Shown here: positions 30,670-43,320 of the stretch, in pieces
Layout: each line of letters opens with the position of its first letter
How positions within the stretch are numbered: position 1 is the first letter of the stretch
NCBI RefSeq assembly: GCF_009914755.1
Contig: NC_060938.1
DNA length: 64,000 bases
DNA from: the human T2T-CHM13v2.0 reference genome, Homo sapiens
Strand: one strand, 5' to 3'
Notes under the pieces: model-generated
Database searches by the model: none
Told to the model about the DNA's origin: nothing
Seen by the model: only the letters and a program-made list of their open reading frames with translations
Position numbers and translations under genes: made by a program

Positions 30670-33600
30670 AAAAACTAGACAGAAAAATTCTGAGAAACTT
30701 TGTTGGGATGTGTGCGTTCACCTCACCGAGTTCAACCTTTCTTTTGATTGAGCAGTTAGGAAACACTCTTTTGGTAGAATCTGCAAGTGGACATTTGGAT
30801 CACTTTGTAGCCAATGGTAGAAAAGGAAATATCTTCACATCAAATTTAGACAGAAGAAATCTGAGAAACTTCTTTGTAATATATGCATTCATATCACAGA
30901 GTTAAACCTTTCTTTTGATAAAGCAGTTTTGAAACTCTCTTTTTGTAGAATCTGCAAGTGTACATTGGAGTGCTTTGAGGACTATGGTGGAAAAGGTAGT
31001 ATCTTCAACATAAAAACTAGACTGAAGAATTCCGACATACTTCTTTGTGATGTGTGCGTTCATTTCACAGAGTTGAACCTCTCTTTTGATGGAGCAGTTT
31101 GGAAACACTGTTAATGTAGAATCTTCAAGTGCACATTTGAAGCGCTCTGTGGCCTATGGTAAAAAAGGAACTATTTTCACATGAAACCTAGACAGAAGAA
31201 GTCTCAGAAACTTCTTTGTGATGTGTGCATTCATCTCACACAGTTAAAACTTCCTTTTGATTCAGCAGTTTAGAAACTCCCTTTTGTGGAATCTGCAAGT
31301 GTACATTGGAAGTGCTTTGAGGCCCATGGTGGAAAAGGTAATATCTTCACATAAAAACCATACAGAAGAATTCTGAGAAACTTCTTTGTGATATCTGCAT
31401 TCATATCACAGATTTGAACCTTTCTTTTGATTGAGCAGTTTGGAATCACTCTTTTTGTAGAATCTGCAAGTGGACATTTGGAGCGCTTTGCGGCCTATTG
31501 TAGAAAAGGTAATATGTTCACATAAATTCCAGACAGAAGCAATCTGAGAAACTACTTTGTGATGTGTGCATTCATGTCACATAGTTAACATTTTTTTTTG
31601 ATTGAGCAGTTTTGAAACTCTCTTTTTGTAGAATCTGCAAGTAGACATTTGGAGCACTAGGTGGCCTATGGTGGAAAAGGAAATATCTTCCCATAAAAAC
31701 TAGATAGAAGAATTCTGAGAAACTTCTTTGTGATGTGTGCGTTCATCTCATAGAGTTGAACCATACTTTAGATTGAGCAGTTCGGAAACCCTCTTTTTGT
31801 AGGATCTGCAAGTAGACATACGGAGCGCAATGCGGCCTATGGTAGAAAGGGAAATATCTTCACATAAAATCTAGACAGAAGCAATCTGAGAAACTTCTTT
31901 GTGATGGGTGTATTCATCTCACAGAGATAAAATTTTCTTTTGTTTGAGCAGTTTTGAATATCTCTTTTGGTTGAATCCGCAAATGGACATCAGGAGCGCT
32001 TTGTGGCCAATGGTGGAAAAGGAAATATCTTCACATAAAAACTAGACAGTAGAATTCGGAGAAACTTCTTTGTGATGTGTGTGTTCATTTCACAATGCTG
32101 AACCTTTCTTTAGATTGAGCAGTAAGGAAACACTCTTTTTGTAGAATCTGCAAGTGGACATTTGGAGAACTTTGTGGCCTATGGCAGAAAAGGAAATATC
32201 TTCAAATAAAATCTAGACAGAAGCAATCTGAGAAACTTCTTTGTGATGTGAGCATTCAACTCAAAGAGGTAAAGCTTTCTTTTGATTGAGGAGTTTTGAA
32301 ACTCTCTTTTTGTAGAATATGAAAGTGGACATTTGGAGCACTTAGAAGCCTATTGTGGAAAAGGAAATATCTTCACATAAAAACCAGGCAGAAGAATTCT
32401 GAGAAACTCCTTTGTAAGGTAGAGCATTCATCTCACAGAGTTGAAACTTTCTTTTGATTGAGCAGTTTGGAAACACTCTTTTTGTAGAATCTGCTAGTGG
32501 ACATTTGGAGAGCTTTGCGGCCTATGGTAGAAAAGGAAAAATCTTCACATAAAATATTGACAGAAGCAATCTGAGAAACTTCTTTGTGACGTGTGTGTTC
32601 ATCTCACAGAGTTAAACCTTACTTATGATTGAGCAGTTTTGAAACTCCCTTATTGTAGAATCTGCAACTGTATATTTGAAATGCCTTGAGGCCTATGGTG
32701 GAAAACGAAATATCTTCACATAAAACCTATACAGAAGAAATTTCAGAAACTACTTCGTGAGGTGTGCGTTCATCTTACAGAGTTGAAATTTTCTTTCGAT
32801 TGAGCAGTATGGAAACACTCTTTTTGTAGTATCTGCAAGTGGACATTTGGAGCGCTTTGTGGCTTATTGTAGAAAAGGAAATATCTTTATATAAAATCTA
32901 GACAGAAGCCATCTGAGAAACTTCTTTGTGATGTGGGCATTCATCTCTCAGAGTTAAACTTTTTCTTTTGATAGTGCAGATTTGAAACTCACTTTTTGTG
33001 GAATGTGCAAGTAGACATTTAGATTACTTTGCAGCCCATGGTAGAAAAGGAAATATCTTCACATAAATACTAGACAGAAGCAACCTGAGGAACTTCTTTG
33101 TGATGTGTGCATTCATCTCACAGATTTAAACCTTTCTTTTGATAGAGCAGTTTTGAAACTCTCTTTTTGTAGGATCTGCAAGTGGACATTTGGAGTGCTT
33201 TTTGGCCTATGTAAGAAAAGGAAATATCTTCACATAAAATCTAGACAGAAGCAACCTGAGAAACTTCTTTGTGATGTGTGCGTTCATCTCACAGAGTTGA
33301 AACTTTCTTTTGATTGAGCAGTTTGGAAACACTTTTTGTAGAATCTGCAAGTGGACATTTGGAGCGTTTTGCGGCCTATGGTAGAAAAGGAAATATCTTC
33401 ACATAAAAAGTAGACAGAAGAATTCTGAGAAAGTTTTTTGTGATGTGTGCATTCATCTAACAGGGTTGAAACTTTCTTTTGATTGAGCAGTTTGTAAATA
33501 CTCTTTGTAGAAACTGCAATTGGACATTGGGAGTGCCTTGTGGCCTATGGTAGAAAAGCAAACATCTTCACATAACATCTAGACAGAAGCAATCAGAGAA

Positions 33601-36600
33601 ATTTCTTTGTGATGTGTGCATTCATCTCACAGATTTAAAACTTTGTTTTGATTGAGCAGTTTTCAAACTCCGTTTTTGCAGAATCTTCAAGTGGACATTT
33701 GTAGCGCTTTGAGGCCAATGGTGGAAAAGGAACATAAAAACTAGACAGAGAATTCTGAGAAAATTCTTTGTGATGTGTGCATTCATCTCAGAGAGTTGAA
33801 CTTTCCTTTGATAGAGCTATTTGGAAACACTCTTTTTGTAGAATCTGCAAGTGTATATTTGGAGCACTTTGAGGACTCTGGTAAAAAAGGAAATATCTTC
33901 ACACAAAATCTAAACAGAAATAATCTGATAAACTTCTCCATGATGTATGTTTTCATCTCACAGTATTAAACCTTTCTTTTGATAGAGCTGTTTTGAAACT
34001 CTCTTTCTGTAGAATCTGCAAGTGGAGCACCTTGAGTCCTATGGTAGAAAAGGTAATATCTTCACATAAAAACTGGACAGAAAAATTCAGAAACACCTCT
34101 TTGTGATGTGTGTGTACATCTCACAGAGTAGAACCTTACTTTTGATGGACCAGTTTTGAAATATTGTTTTTGTAGAATCTGCAAGTGGGCATTTCGAGTG
34201 CCTTGAGGCCTATGGTCGAAAATGAAATATCTTCACATAAAAACTATACAGAAGAATTCTGAGAAACTGCTTTGTGATGCGTGCAGTTATCTCACAGAGT
34301 TGAACCTTTATTTTGATTGAGCAGTTTGGAATCACTCTTTTTGTACAATCTGCAAGTGGATATTTGGACTGCTTTGTGGCCTATGGTAGAAAAGGAAATA
34401 TCTCCACATAAAATCTAGACAGAAGAAATCTGAAAAAACTTCATTGTGATGTATGCATTCATCTCACAGAGATAAACCTTTCTTTTGATAGAGCAGTTTT
34501 GAAACTCTCTTTTTGTAGAATTTGGTAGTGGAGCGCTTTGAGGCCTAAGGTGGAAAAGGTAATATCTTCATATAAAAACTAGATAGAAGAATTCTGACAA
34601 GCTTCTTTGTGATGTGTGATTTAATCTCACAGAGTTGAACCTTTCTTTTGATTGAGCAGTTTTGAAATATTCTTTTTGTAGTATCTGCAAGTGGGCATTT
34701 CGAGCGCCTTGAGGCCTATGGTCGAAAATGAAATATCTTCACATAAAAACTAGACAAAAGAATTCTGAGAAACTTCTTTGTGATGTGTGATTTAATCTCA
34801 CAGAGTTGAACCTTTCTTTTGATTGAGCAGTTTGGAAACACTCTTTTAGTAGAGTCTGCAAGTGGACATTTTGATCGCTTTGCGGCCCATGTTAGAAAAG
34901 AAAATATCTTCCCACGAAATCTAGACAGAAGGAATCAGAAACTTCTTTCTGATGTGTGCATTCATCTCATGGAGTTGAACCTTTCTTATGATTGAGAAGT
35001 TTTGAAACTCTGGTTTTTGTAGAATCTGCAAGTGGACATTTGTAGCATCTTGAGGCTTATGGTGGAAAAGGAAGTATCTTCACATAAAAACTAGACAGAA
35101 GATTTCTGAGAAACTTCTTTGTGACATGTTCATTCATCTCACAGAATTGAATCTTACATTTAATTGAGCAGTTTTGAAACACTCTTTTTGTGGAATCTGA
35201 AAGTGGACATTTGGAGGGCTTTTTGGCCCATTTTAGAAAAGGGAATATTTTCACATAAAATGTAGACAAAAGCAGTCTGATAAACTTCTTTGTGATGTGT
35301 GCATTCATTTCACAGTGTTAAAACTTTCTTTTGACTGAGCAATTTGGAAACACTCATTTTGTAGAATCTGCAATTGTACATTTGGAGCGCTTTGAGGCCT
35401 ATGGTGGAAAATGAAATATCTTCACATTAAAAATAGACAGAAGAATTCTGAGAAACTTTTTTGTGATGCATACATTCATCTCACAGAGTTGAACTATTTT
35501 TGATTGAGCAGTTTGAAAACACTCTTTTTGTAAAGTCTGCAAGTTGACACTTGGAGTGCTTTGTGGCCTATGTTAGAAAAGTAAATATCTTCACATAAAA
35601 TCTAGACAGGAGCAATCTGAGAAACTTCTTTGTGATGTGTTCATTCATTTCACAGAGTTGAACATTTCTTTTGATTGAGCAGTTTCGAAACACACTTTTT
35701 GTAGAATCTGCAAGTGGATATTTGGAGCTCTTTGAAGCCTACAGTGGAAAAGGAAATATCTTCACATAAAAACTAGACAGAAGAATTGTGAGAAACAACT
35801 TTGTGATGTGTTCATTCATCTCACAAAGTTGAACTTTTCTTTTGATTGAGCATTTTGGAAATATTCTTTGTGTAGAATCTGCAAGTGGACATTTGGAGCA
35901 CTTTGCGGCCTATTTTAGAAAAGGAAATATCTTCCAATAAAATCGAGGCAGAAGAAATTGAGAAACTTCTTTGTGATGTCTGCATTCATGTCACAGAGTT
36001 AAATCTTTCTTTTGATAGAGCAGTTTTGAAACTCTCTTTTTGTAGAATCTGCAAGTGGACGTTGGAGCGCTTTGAGGCTTATGGTGGAAAAGGAAATATC
36101 TTCACATAAAAACTAGACAGAAGTATTCTGACAAACATCTTTGTGATGTGTGCGTTCATCTCACAGAGTAGAACAATTCTTTTTGATTGAGCAGTTTGGA
36201 AACACTATTTTTGTAGAATCTGCAAGTGGACATTTGGAGTGCTTTGTGGCCTATGGAAGAAAAGGAAATATCTTCACATAAAATCTAGACAGAAGAAAAC
36301 TGAGCAACTTTCTTATGATGTGTGCATTCATTTCACAAAGTTAAACCTTTCTTTTGATTAAGCAGTTTTGAAACTCTCTTTTTGTAGAATCTGCAAGTGG
36401 ACATTTGAAGCGCTTTGAGGCCTACGGTGGAAAAAAAAAATCTTCATATAAAAACCAGACAGAAAATTTCTGACAAATGGCTTTGGATGTGTGTATTCAT
36501 CCCACTGAGTTGAACATTACTTTGCGTTGAGCAGTTTTGTAACACTCTTTTTGTGGAATCTGCAAGTGGACCTTAGAAGCGCTTTGAGGCCTTTGGTGGA

Positions 36601-39600
36601 TAACAAAATATCTTCATATAATAACTAGACAGATGCATTCTGAGAAACTTCTTTGTGATGTGTGCATTCATCTCACAGAATTGAAACGTTCTTTTGATTG
36701 AGCAGTTTTGAAACACTCTTTTTGTGGAATCTGCAAGTGGATATTTGCAGCGATTTGAGCCCTATTGTGGAAAAGGAAATATCTTCACATAAAAACTATG
36801 CAGAAACATTCTGAGAACCTTCTTTGTCATGAGTGCCTTCATCTGACAGGGTTGATCCTTTCTTTTGATTGAGTACTTTTGAAAAACTGCTTTTGTGAGA
36901 TCTACAAGTGGATACAGGGAGCGTTCTCAGGCTGACTGTGGAAAAGCAAATATCTTCACATAAAAACTACACAGAAGCATTCTGAGAAACTTCTTTGTGA
37001 TGTGTGCATTCATCTCACAAAATTAAACCTTCCTTTTGGTTGAGCAATTTTGAAACTCTATTAATGTAGAATCTGCAATTGGACATTTGCAGCGTTTTGA
37101 GGCCTATGGTGGAACAGGAAATATCTTCACATAAAAACAAGACAGAAGAATTCTGAAAAATTTCTTTGTGATATGCGCTTTCACCTCACTGATTTGAAAC
37201 TTTCTTTTGATTGAGCAGTTTGGAAACACTTTTCGTAGAATCTGCAGGGGAAATTTGGACAGTTTGTGGCCTGTAGTAGAAAAGAAAATATCTTCTCATA
37301 AAATCTAGACAGAAGCAATCTGAGAAACTTCTCTGTGTTGTGTACCTTCATCTCACACTGTTTAATCTTTCTTTTGATTGAGCAGTTTTTAAACTCTCTT
37401 TTTGTAGAATCTGCAAGTGGACATTTGTAGCACTTTGAGGCCTATGGTGGAAAAGGAACATAAAAACTAGACAGAAGAATTCTGAGAAACTTCTTTGTGA
37501 TGTGTGCATTCATCTCACAGAGTTGAACGTTTCTTTTGATAGAGCTGTTTGGAAAAACTCTTTTTGTTGAATCTGCAAGTGGATATTTGCAGCACTTTGC
37601 AGCCTCTAATGGAAAAGGAAATATCTTCAGATAAAATCTAGACAGAAGCAATCTGAGAAACTTCTTTGTGATGTGTGCATTCAACTCACAGAGTTGAACC
37701 TATCTTTTTTTTTTTTTAATGTCTGTTTTTTTTTTTTTTTTTTGGAGCAATTTGAGGCCTAAGGTGGAAAAGGAAATATTTTCACATAAAAACTAGACAG
37801 AAGAATTCTGTGAAACTTGTTCAGGACGTCTGCGTTCATCTTACAGAGTTGAATCTTTCTTTTGATTGAGCAGTTTGGAAACACTGTTTTTGTAGAATCT
37901 TCAGGTGGACATTCAGAGCACTTTGTGTCCTATGGTAGAAAAGGAAATATCTTCATATAAAAACTATCTAGAAGCATTCTGAGAAACTTGTTTGTGATGT
38001 GTGCGTTCATCTCACATATTTGAACCTTTCTTTGGATTGAGCATTTTAGAAACACTCTTTTTGTAGAATCTGCAGGTGAACATTTGGAGCGCTTTGAGAC
38101 CTATGGTGGAAAAGGAAATATCTTCACATAAAAACTAGATAGAAACATTCTGAGAAACTACTTTGTGATGTGTGCGTTCATCTCACAGAGTTGAAACTTT
38201 CTTTTGATTGAGCAGTCTTCTTGTACAATCTGCAAGTGGACATTTGGGACGCTTTTCTGCCTATGGTAAAAAAGGAAACATCTTCACTTAAAATCTAGAC
38301 AGAAGCAATCTGAGAAACTACTTTGTGCTATGTGCATTCATCTCACAGAGTTAAACCTCTTTTTTGATAGGGCAGTTTTGAAACTCTCTTTTTGTAGAAT
38401 GTGCAAGTGGACACTTGGAGCGGTTTGAGGTCTATGGTGGAAAAGGAAATATCTTCACATAAAAACTAGACAGAAGAATTCTGAGAAACTTCATTGTGAT
38501 GTGTGCATTCATCTCACAGAATTGAACCTTTCTTTTGATTGAGCAGTTTGGAAACACTCTTTTTTGTAGAATCTGCAAGTGGACATTTGGAACGCTTTGC
38601 TTCCTCTGGTAAAAAAGGAAATATCTTCACCTAAATTGTAGACAGAAGCAATCTGAGAAACTTCTTTGTGATGTGTGCATGCATCTCCCAAAATTAAACC
38701 TTTATTTGATTGAGCAGTTTTGAATCTCTCTTTTTGTCGAGTCTGCAAGTGGACATTTGGAACGCTTTGAAGCCTATGGTGGAAAACAAAATATGTTTAT
38801 ATAAAAACCAGACAGAAGAATTTTGTGGATCTACATTGTGATGTGTGCGTTCTTCTCACAGAGCTGAACCTTTCTTTTGATTGAGCAGTTTTGAAACACT
38901 CTTTTTGCAGAATCTGCAAGTGGCTATTTTGTGCACTTTGCCGCCTTTGGTAGAAAAAGAAATATCTTCACATAAAATCTAGACAGAAGCAATCTTAGAA
39001 ACTTCTTAGTGATGTGAGCATTCATCTCACATAGTTTAACCTTTCCTTTGGTTGAACAGTTTGGAAAGACTCTTTTAGTAGAATCTGCAAGAGGACTTTT
39101 TGTGCTCTCTGCGGACTATGGTAGACAAGGAAATATTGTCACATAAAATCTAGACCGAAGCAATCTGAGAAACTTCTTTGTGATGTGAGCATTCATCTCA
39201 CAGAGTTAAACCTTTGATTTGATTGAGCACTTTTGAAACTCTCTTTTTGTAGAGTCTGCAAGTGGACATTTGGAGTGCTTTGAGGACAATGGTGGAAAAG
39301 GAAATATCTTCACATAAAAACTAGATAGAAGAACTCTGAGAAACATCTTTGTGATGTGTGTGTTCATCTCACAGAGGTGAATGTTTCTTTTGATTGAGCC
39401 GTTTGGAAACACTCTTTTTGTAGAATCTGCAAGTGGACATTTGGAGGACTTTGCGGCCTAAGTTAGAAAAGGAAATATTTTCACATAAAATCTAGAAAGA
39501 AACAATCTGAGATACTTCTTTATGATGTGTGCATTCATCTCACAGAGTTAAAACATTCTTTTGATTGAGTAGTCTTGAAACCCTCCTTTAGTAGAAGTTG

Positions 39601-42600
39601 CAAGTGGACATTTGGAGCACTTTGATGCCTATGGTGGAAAAGGAAATATCTTCACATAAATACTAGATAGGAACATTCTGAAAAACTTCTTTGCAATGTG
39701 TTTTTTCATCTCCTAGAGTTGAACCTTTCTTTTGAAAGACGAGTTTTGAAATATGCTTTTTGTAGAACCCGCAAGTGGACATTTCAAGCGCCTTGAGCCC
39801 TATGGTGGAAAAGGAAGTATTTTCACATGAAAACTAGACAGAAGAATTCTGAGAAACTTCTTTGTGAAGAGTGCGTTCATCTTACAGAGTTGAACATTTC
39901 TTTTGATTAAGAAGTTTGGAAACACTTTTTTTGTAGAATCTGCAAGAGGGCATTTGGAGTGCTTTGCAGCCTATGGTAGAAAAGGAAATATCTTCACATA
40001 AAATCTAGACAGAAGCAATCTGAGAAACTTTTTTGTGATGTGTGCATTAATCTCACAGAGTTAACACTTTCTTTTGATTGAACAGTTTTGCAAATCTCTT
40101 TTTGAAGAATCTGCAAGTGGATATTGGAGTGCTTTGCAGCCTATGGTAGAAAATGAAATATCTTCACATAAAATCTAGACAGAAGTAATCTGAGAAACTT
40201 CTTTTTTATGTGTGCATTCATCTCACAGAGTTAACACTTGCTTTTGATTGAGCAGTTTTGAAACTCTCTTTTTGTAGAATCTGCAAGTGGACATTTGGAG
40301 CGCTTTGAGGCCTATGGTGCAAAAGGAAATATCTTCACATAAAAACTAGACAGAAAAATTCTGAGAAATGTCATTGTGTTGTGTGCATTCATCTCACAGA
40401 GTTGAAACTTTCTTTTGATTGAGCAGTATGGAAACATTCTTTTTGTAAAATCTGAAACAACATTTGCAGCACTTTGCGGCCTATGGCAGAAAAGGAAATA
40501 TCTTCACATAAAATCTAGAGAGAAAGAGTCTGAGAAACTTCTTTGTGATGTGTGCATTCATCTCTCAGAGTTAAACCTTTCTTTTTATTGAGAAGTTTGA
40601 AACTCTTTTTTTGCAGAATCTGCATGGGGACCACTGGAGCCCTTTGAGTCCTATGGTGCAAAAGGAAATATCTACACATAAAAACTAGACAGAAGAATTC
40701 TGAGAAACTTCTTTGTGATGCGTGTATTCCTCTCACAGAGTTGAACCTTTCTTTTGATTGAGCATTTTGGAAAGACTCTTTTTGTAGAACCTGCAAGTGG
40801 ACATTTGGAGTGCTTTAGGGTAGAAAAGGAAATATGTTCAAATAAAATCTATACAGAAGCAATCTGATAAACTTCTTTGTTATGTGTGCATTCACCTCAC
40901 AGAGTTAAAACTTACTTTTGATTGAGCAATTTTGAAACTCTCTTTTCGTAGAATCTGCAAGTGGACATTTTGAGTGCTTTGAGGCCTATGGTGGAAAAGG
41001 AAATATCTTCCCATAAAAGGTAGATAGAAGAATTCTGTGAAACTTCTTTGTGATTTGTACTTTCATCTCACAGAGTTGAAACTTTCTTTTGATTGAGCAG
41101 TTTGGAAACACTGTTTTTGTAGAATCTTCAGGTGGACATTCAGAGCACTTTGTGTCCTATGGTAGAAAAGGAAATATCTTCATATAAAAACTATCTAGAA
41201 GCATTCTGAGAAACTTGTTTGTGATGTGTGCGTTCATCTCACATATTTGAACCTTTCTTTGGATTGAGCATTTTAGAAACACTCTTTTTGTAGAATCTGC
41301 AGGTGAACATTTGGAGCGCTTTGAGACCTATGGTGGAAAAGGAAATATCTTCACATAAAAACTAGATAGAAACATTCTGAGAAACTACTTTGTGATGTGT
41401 GCGTTCATCTCACAGAGTTGAAACTTTCTTTTGATTGAGCAGTTTTGAAACTCTGTTTTTGTAGAATCTGCAAGTGGACATTTAGATCGCTTTGAGGCCT
41501 ATGCTGGAAAAGGTACTATCTTCAAATAAAAACTAGACAGGAGAATTCTGACAGACTTCTTTGTGATGTGTGCGTTCATCTCACAGAGTTGAACCTTTCT
41601 TTAGATTGAGCAGTTTGGAAACCCTCTTTTTGTAGAATATGAAAGTGGACATTTGGAGTGCTTTGAGGCCTATCACAGAAAAGGAAATATCTTCACATAA
41701 AATCTAGACACAAGGAATCTGAGAAACTTCATTGCGATGTATGCATTCATCTCATAGATTTAAAGCTTTCTTTTTATAGAACTGTGTTGAAACTCTTTTT
41801 TTGTAGAATCTGCAATTGGAGCGCTTTGCAGCCTATGGTAGAAAAGGAAATATCTTCACATAAAATCTAGAAAGAAGCAATCTGAGAAACTTCTTCATGA
41901 TGTGTACATTAGTCTTACAGAATTAAACCTTTCTGTTGATTGCACAGTTTTGAAACTCTCTATTTGTAGTATTTGCAAAGGGACATTTGAAGCCCTTTGA
42001 TTCCTATGGAAGAAAAGGAAGTATCTTCACATAAAAACTAGACAGAAGAATTCTGAGAAACTTCTTTATGATGTGTGCGTTCATCTCACAGAGTTGAACG
42101 TCTCATTTGATTCAGTATTTTGGAAACACTCTTTTCGTGGAATCTTCAAGTGGACATTTGGAGTGCTTTGAGTCCTATGGTGTAAAAGCAAATATCTTCA
42201 CATAGAAACTAGACAGAAGAATTCTGAGAAACTTCTTTGTGATGAATGCGTTCATTTCAGAGAGTTGAACCTTTAGTTTGATTGAGCAGTTTTGAAACTC
42301 TATTTTTGTAGATTCTACAATAGGACATTTGGAGTGTTTTGAGGCCTATGGTGGAAAAGGAAATATCTTCAGTTTAAAACTACACAGAAGAATTATGACA
42401 AACTTCTCTGTGATGTGTGTGTTCACCTCACGGAGTTGTACCTCTCTTTTGATTGAGCAGTTTGGAAACACTCGTTTTGTAGAATCTGCACGTGCACATT
42501 TGGAGCACTTTATTTCCATTGGTAGAATAGGAAATATCTTCACATAAAATCCAGACAGAAGGAATCTGAAAATCTTCTTTGTGATGTGTGCATTCATCTC

Positions 42601-43320
42601 ACAGAGTTAAACCTTTCTTTTGATTGAGCAGTTTTGAAACTCTTTTTGCAGAATCTGCAACTGGACATTTGGAGTGCTTTGAAGACTATGGTGGAAAAGG
42701 GAATATCTTCACATAAAAACTAGACAGAAGAATTCTGATAAACTTCTTTGAGATGTGTTCATTCATCTTACAGTGTAGAACCTTTCTTTTGATTGAGCAG
42801 TTTGGAAACATTCTTTTTGTAGAATCTGCAAGTGGACATTTGGAGTGCTTTGCGGCCTATAGTAGAAAAGGAAATGTCTTCACATAAAATCTAGACAGAA
42901 GCAATCTGAGAAACTTCTTTGTGATGTGTGCATTCATCTCAAGGAGTTTGAACATTCTTTTTTTAAGCAGTTTTGAAACTCTCTTTTTGTAGAATTTGCA
43001 AGTGGACATTTGGAGCGCTTTCAGGCCTATGGTGGAAAAGGAAATATCTTCACATAAAAACTAGACAGAAGAACTCTGAGAAACGCTTTGTGATGCGTTC
43101 GTTCATCTCACAGAGTTGAACTTTTCTTTTGATTCAGCAGTTTGGAAACACTCTTTATGTAGAATCTGCAAGTGGATATTTGGAGTGCTTTGTGGCCTAT
43201 TTTAGAAAAGGAAATATCTTCATATAAAATCTAGGCAGAAGCAATCTGAGAAAATTCTTTGTGATGTGTGCATTCATGTCACAGAGTTAAACATTTCTTT
43301 TGATAGAGCAGTTTTGAAAC
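30670..43320 (+). repeat. Sub-layer 'D' (quasi-dimeric), same family as 1-5610, with a small K/M island at ~36450-37000
   Basis: GTGGACATTT, with alternating AAAATCTAGACAGAAGCAATCTGAG and AAAAACTAGACAGAAGAATTCTGAG. Confidence 0.75.
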
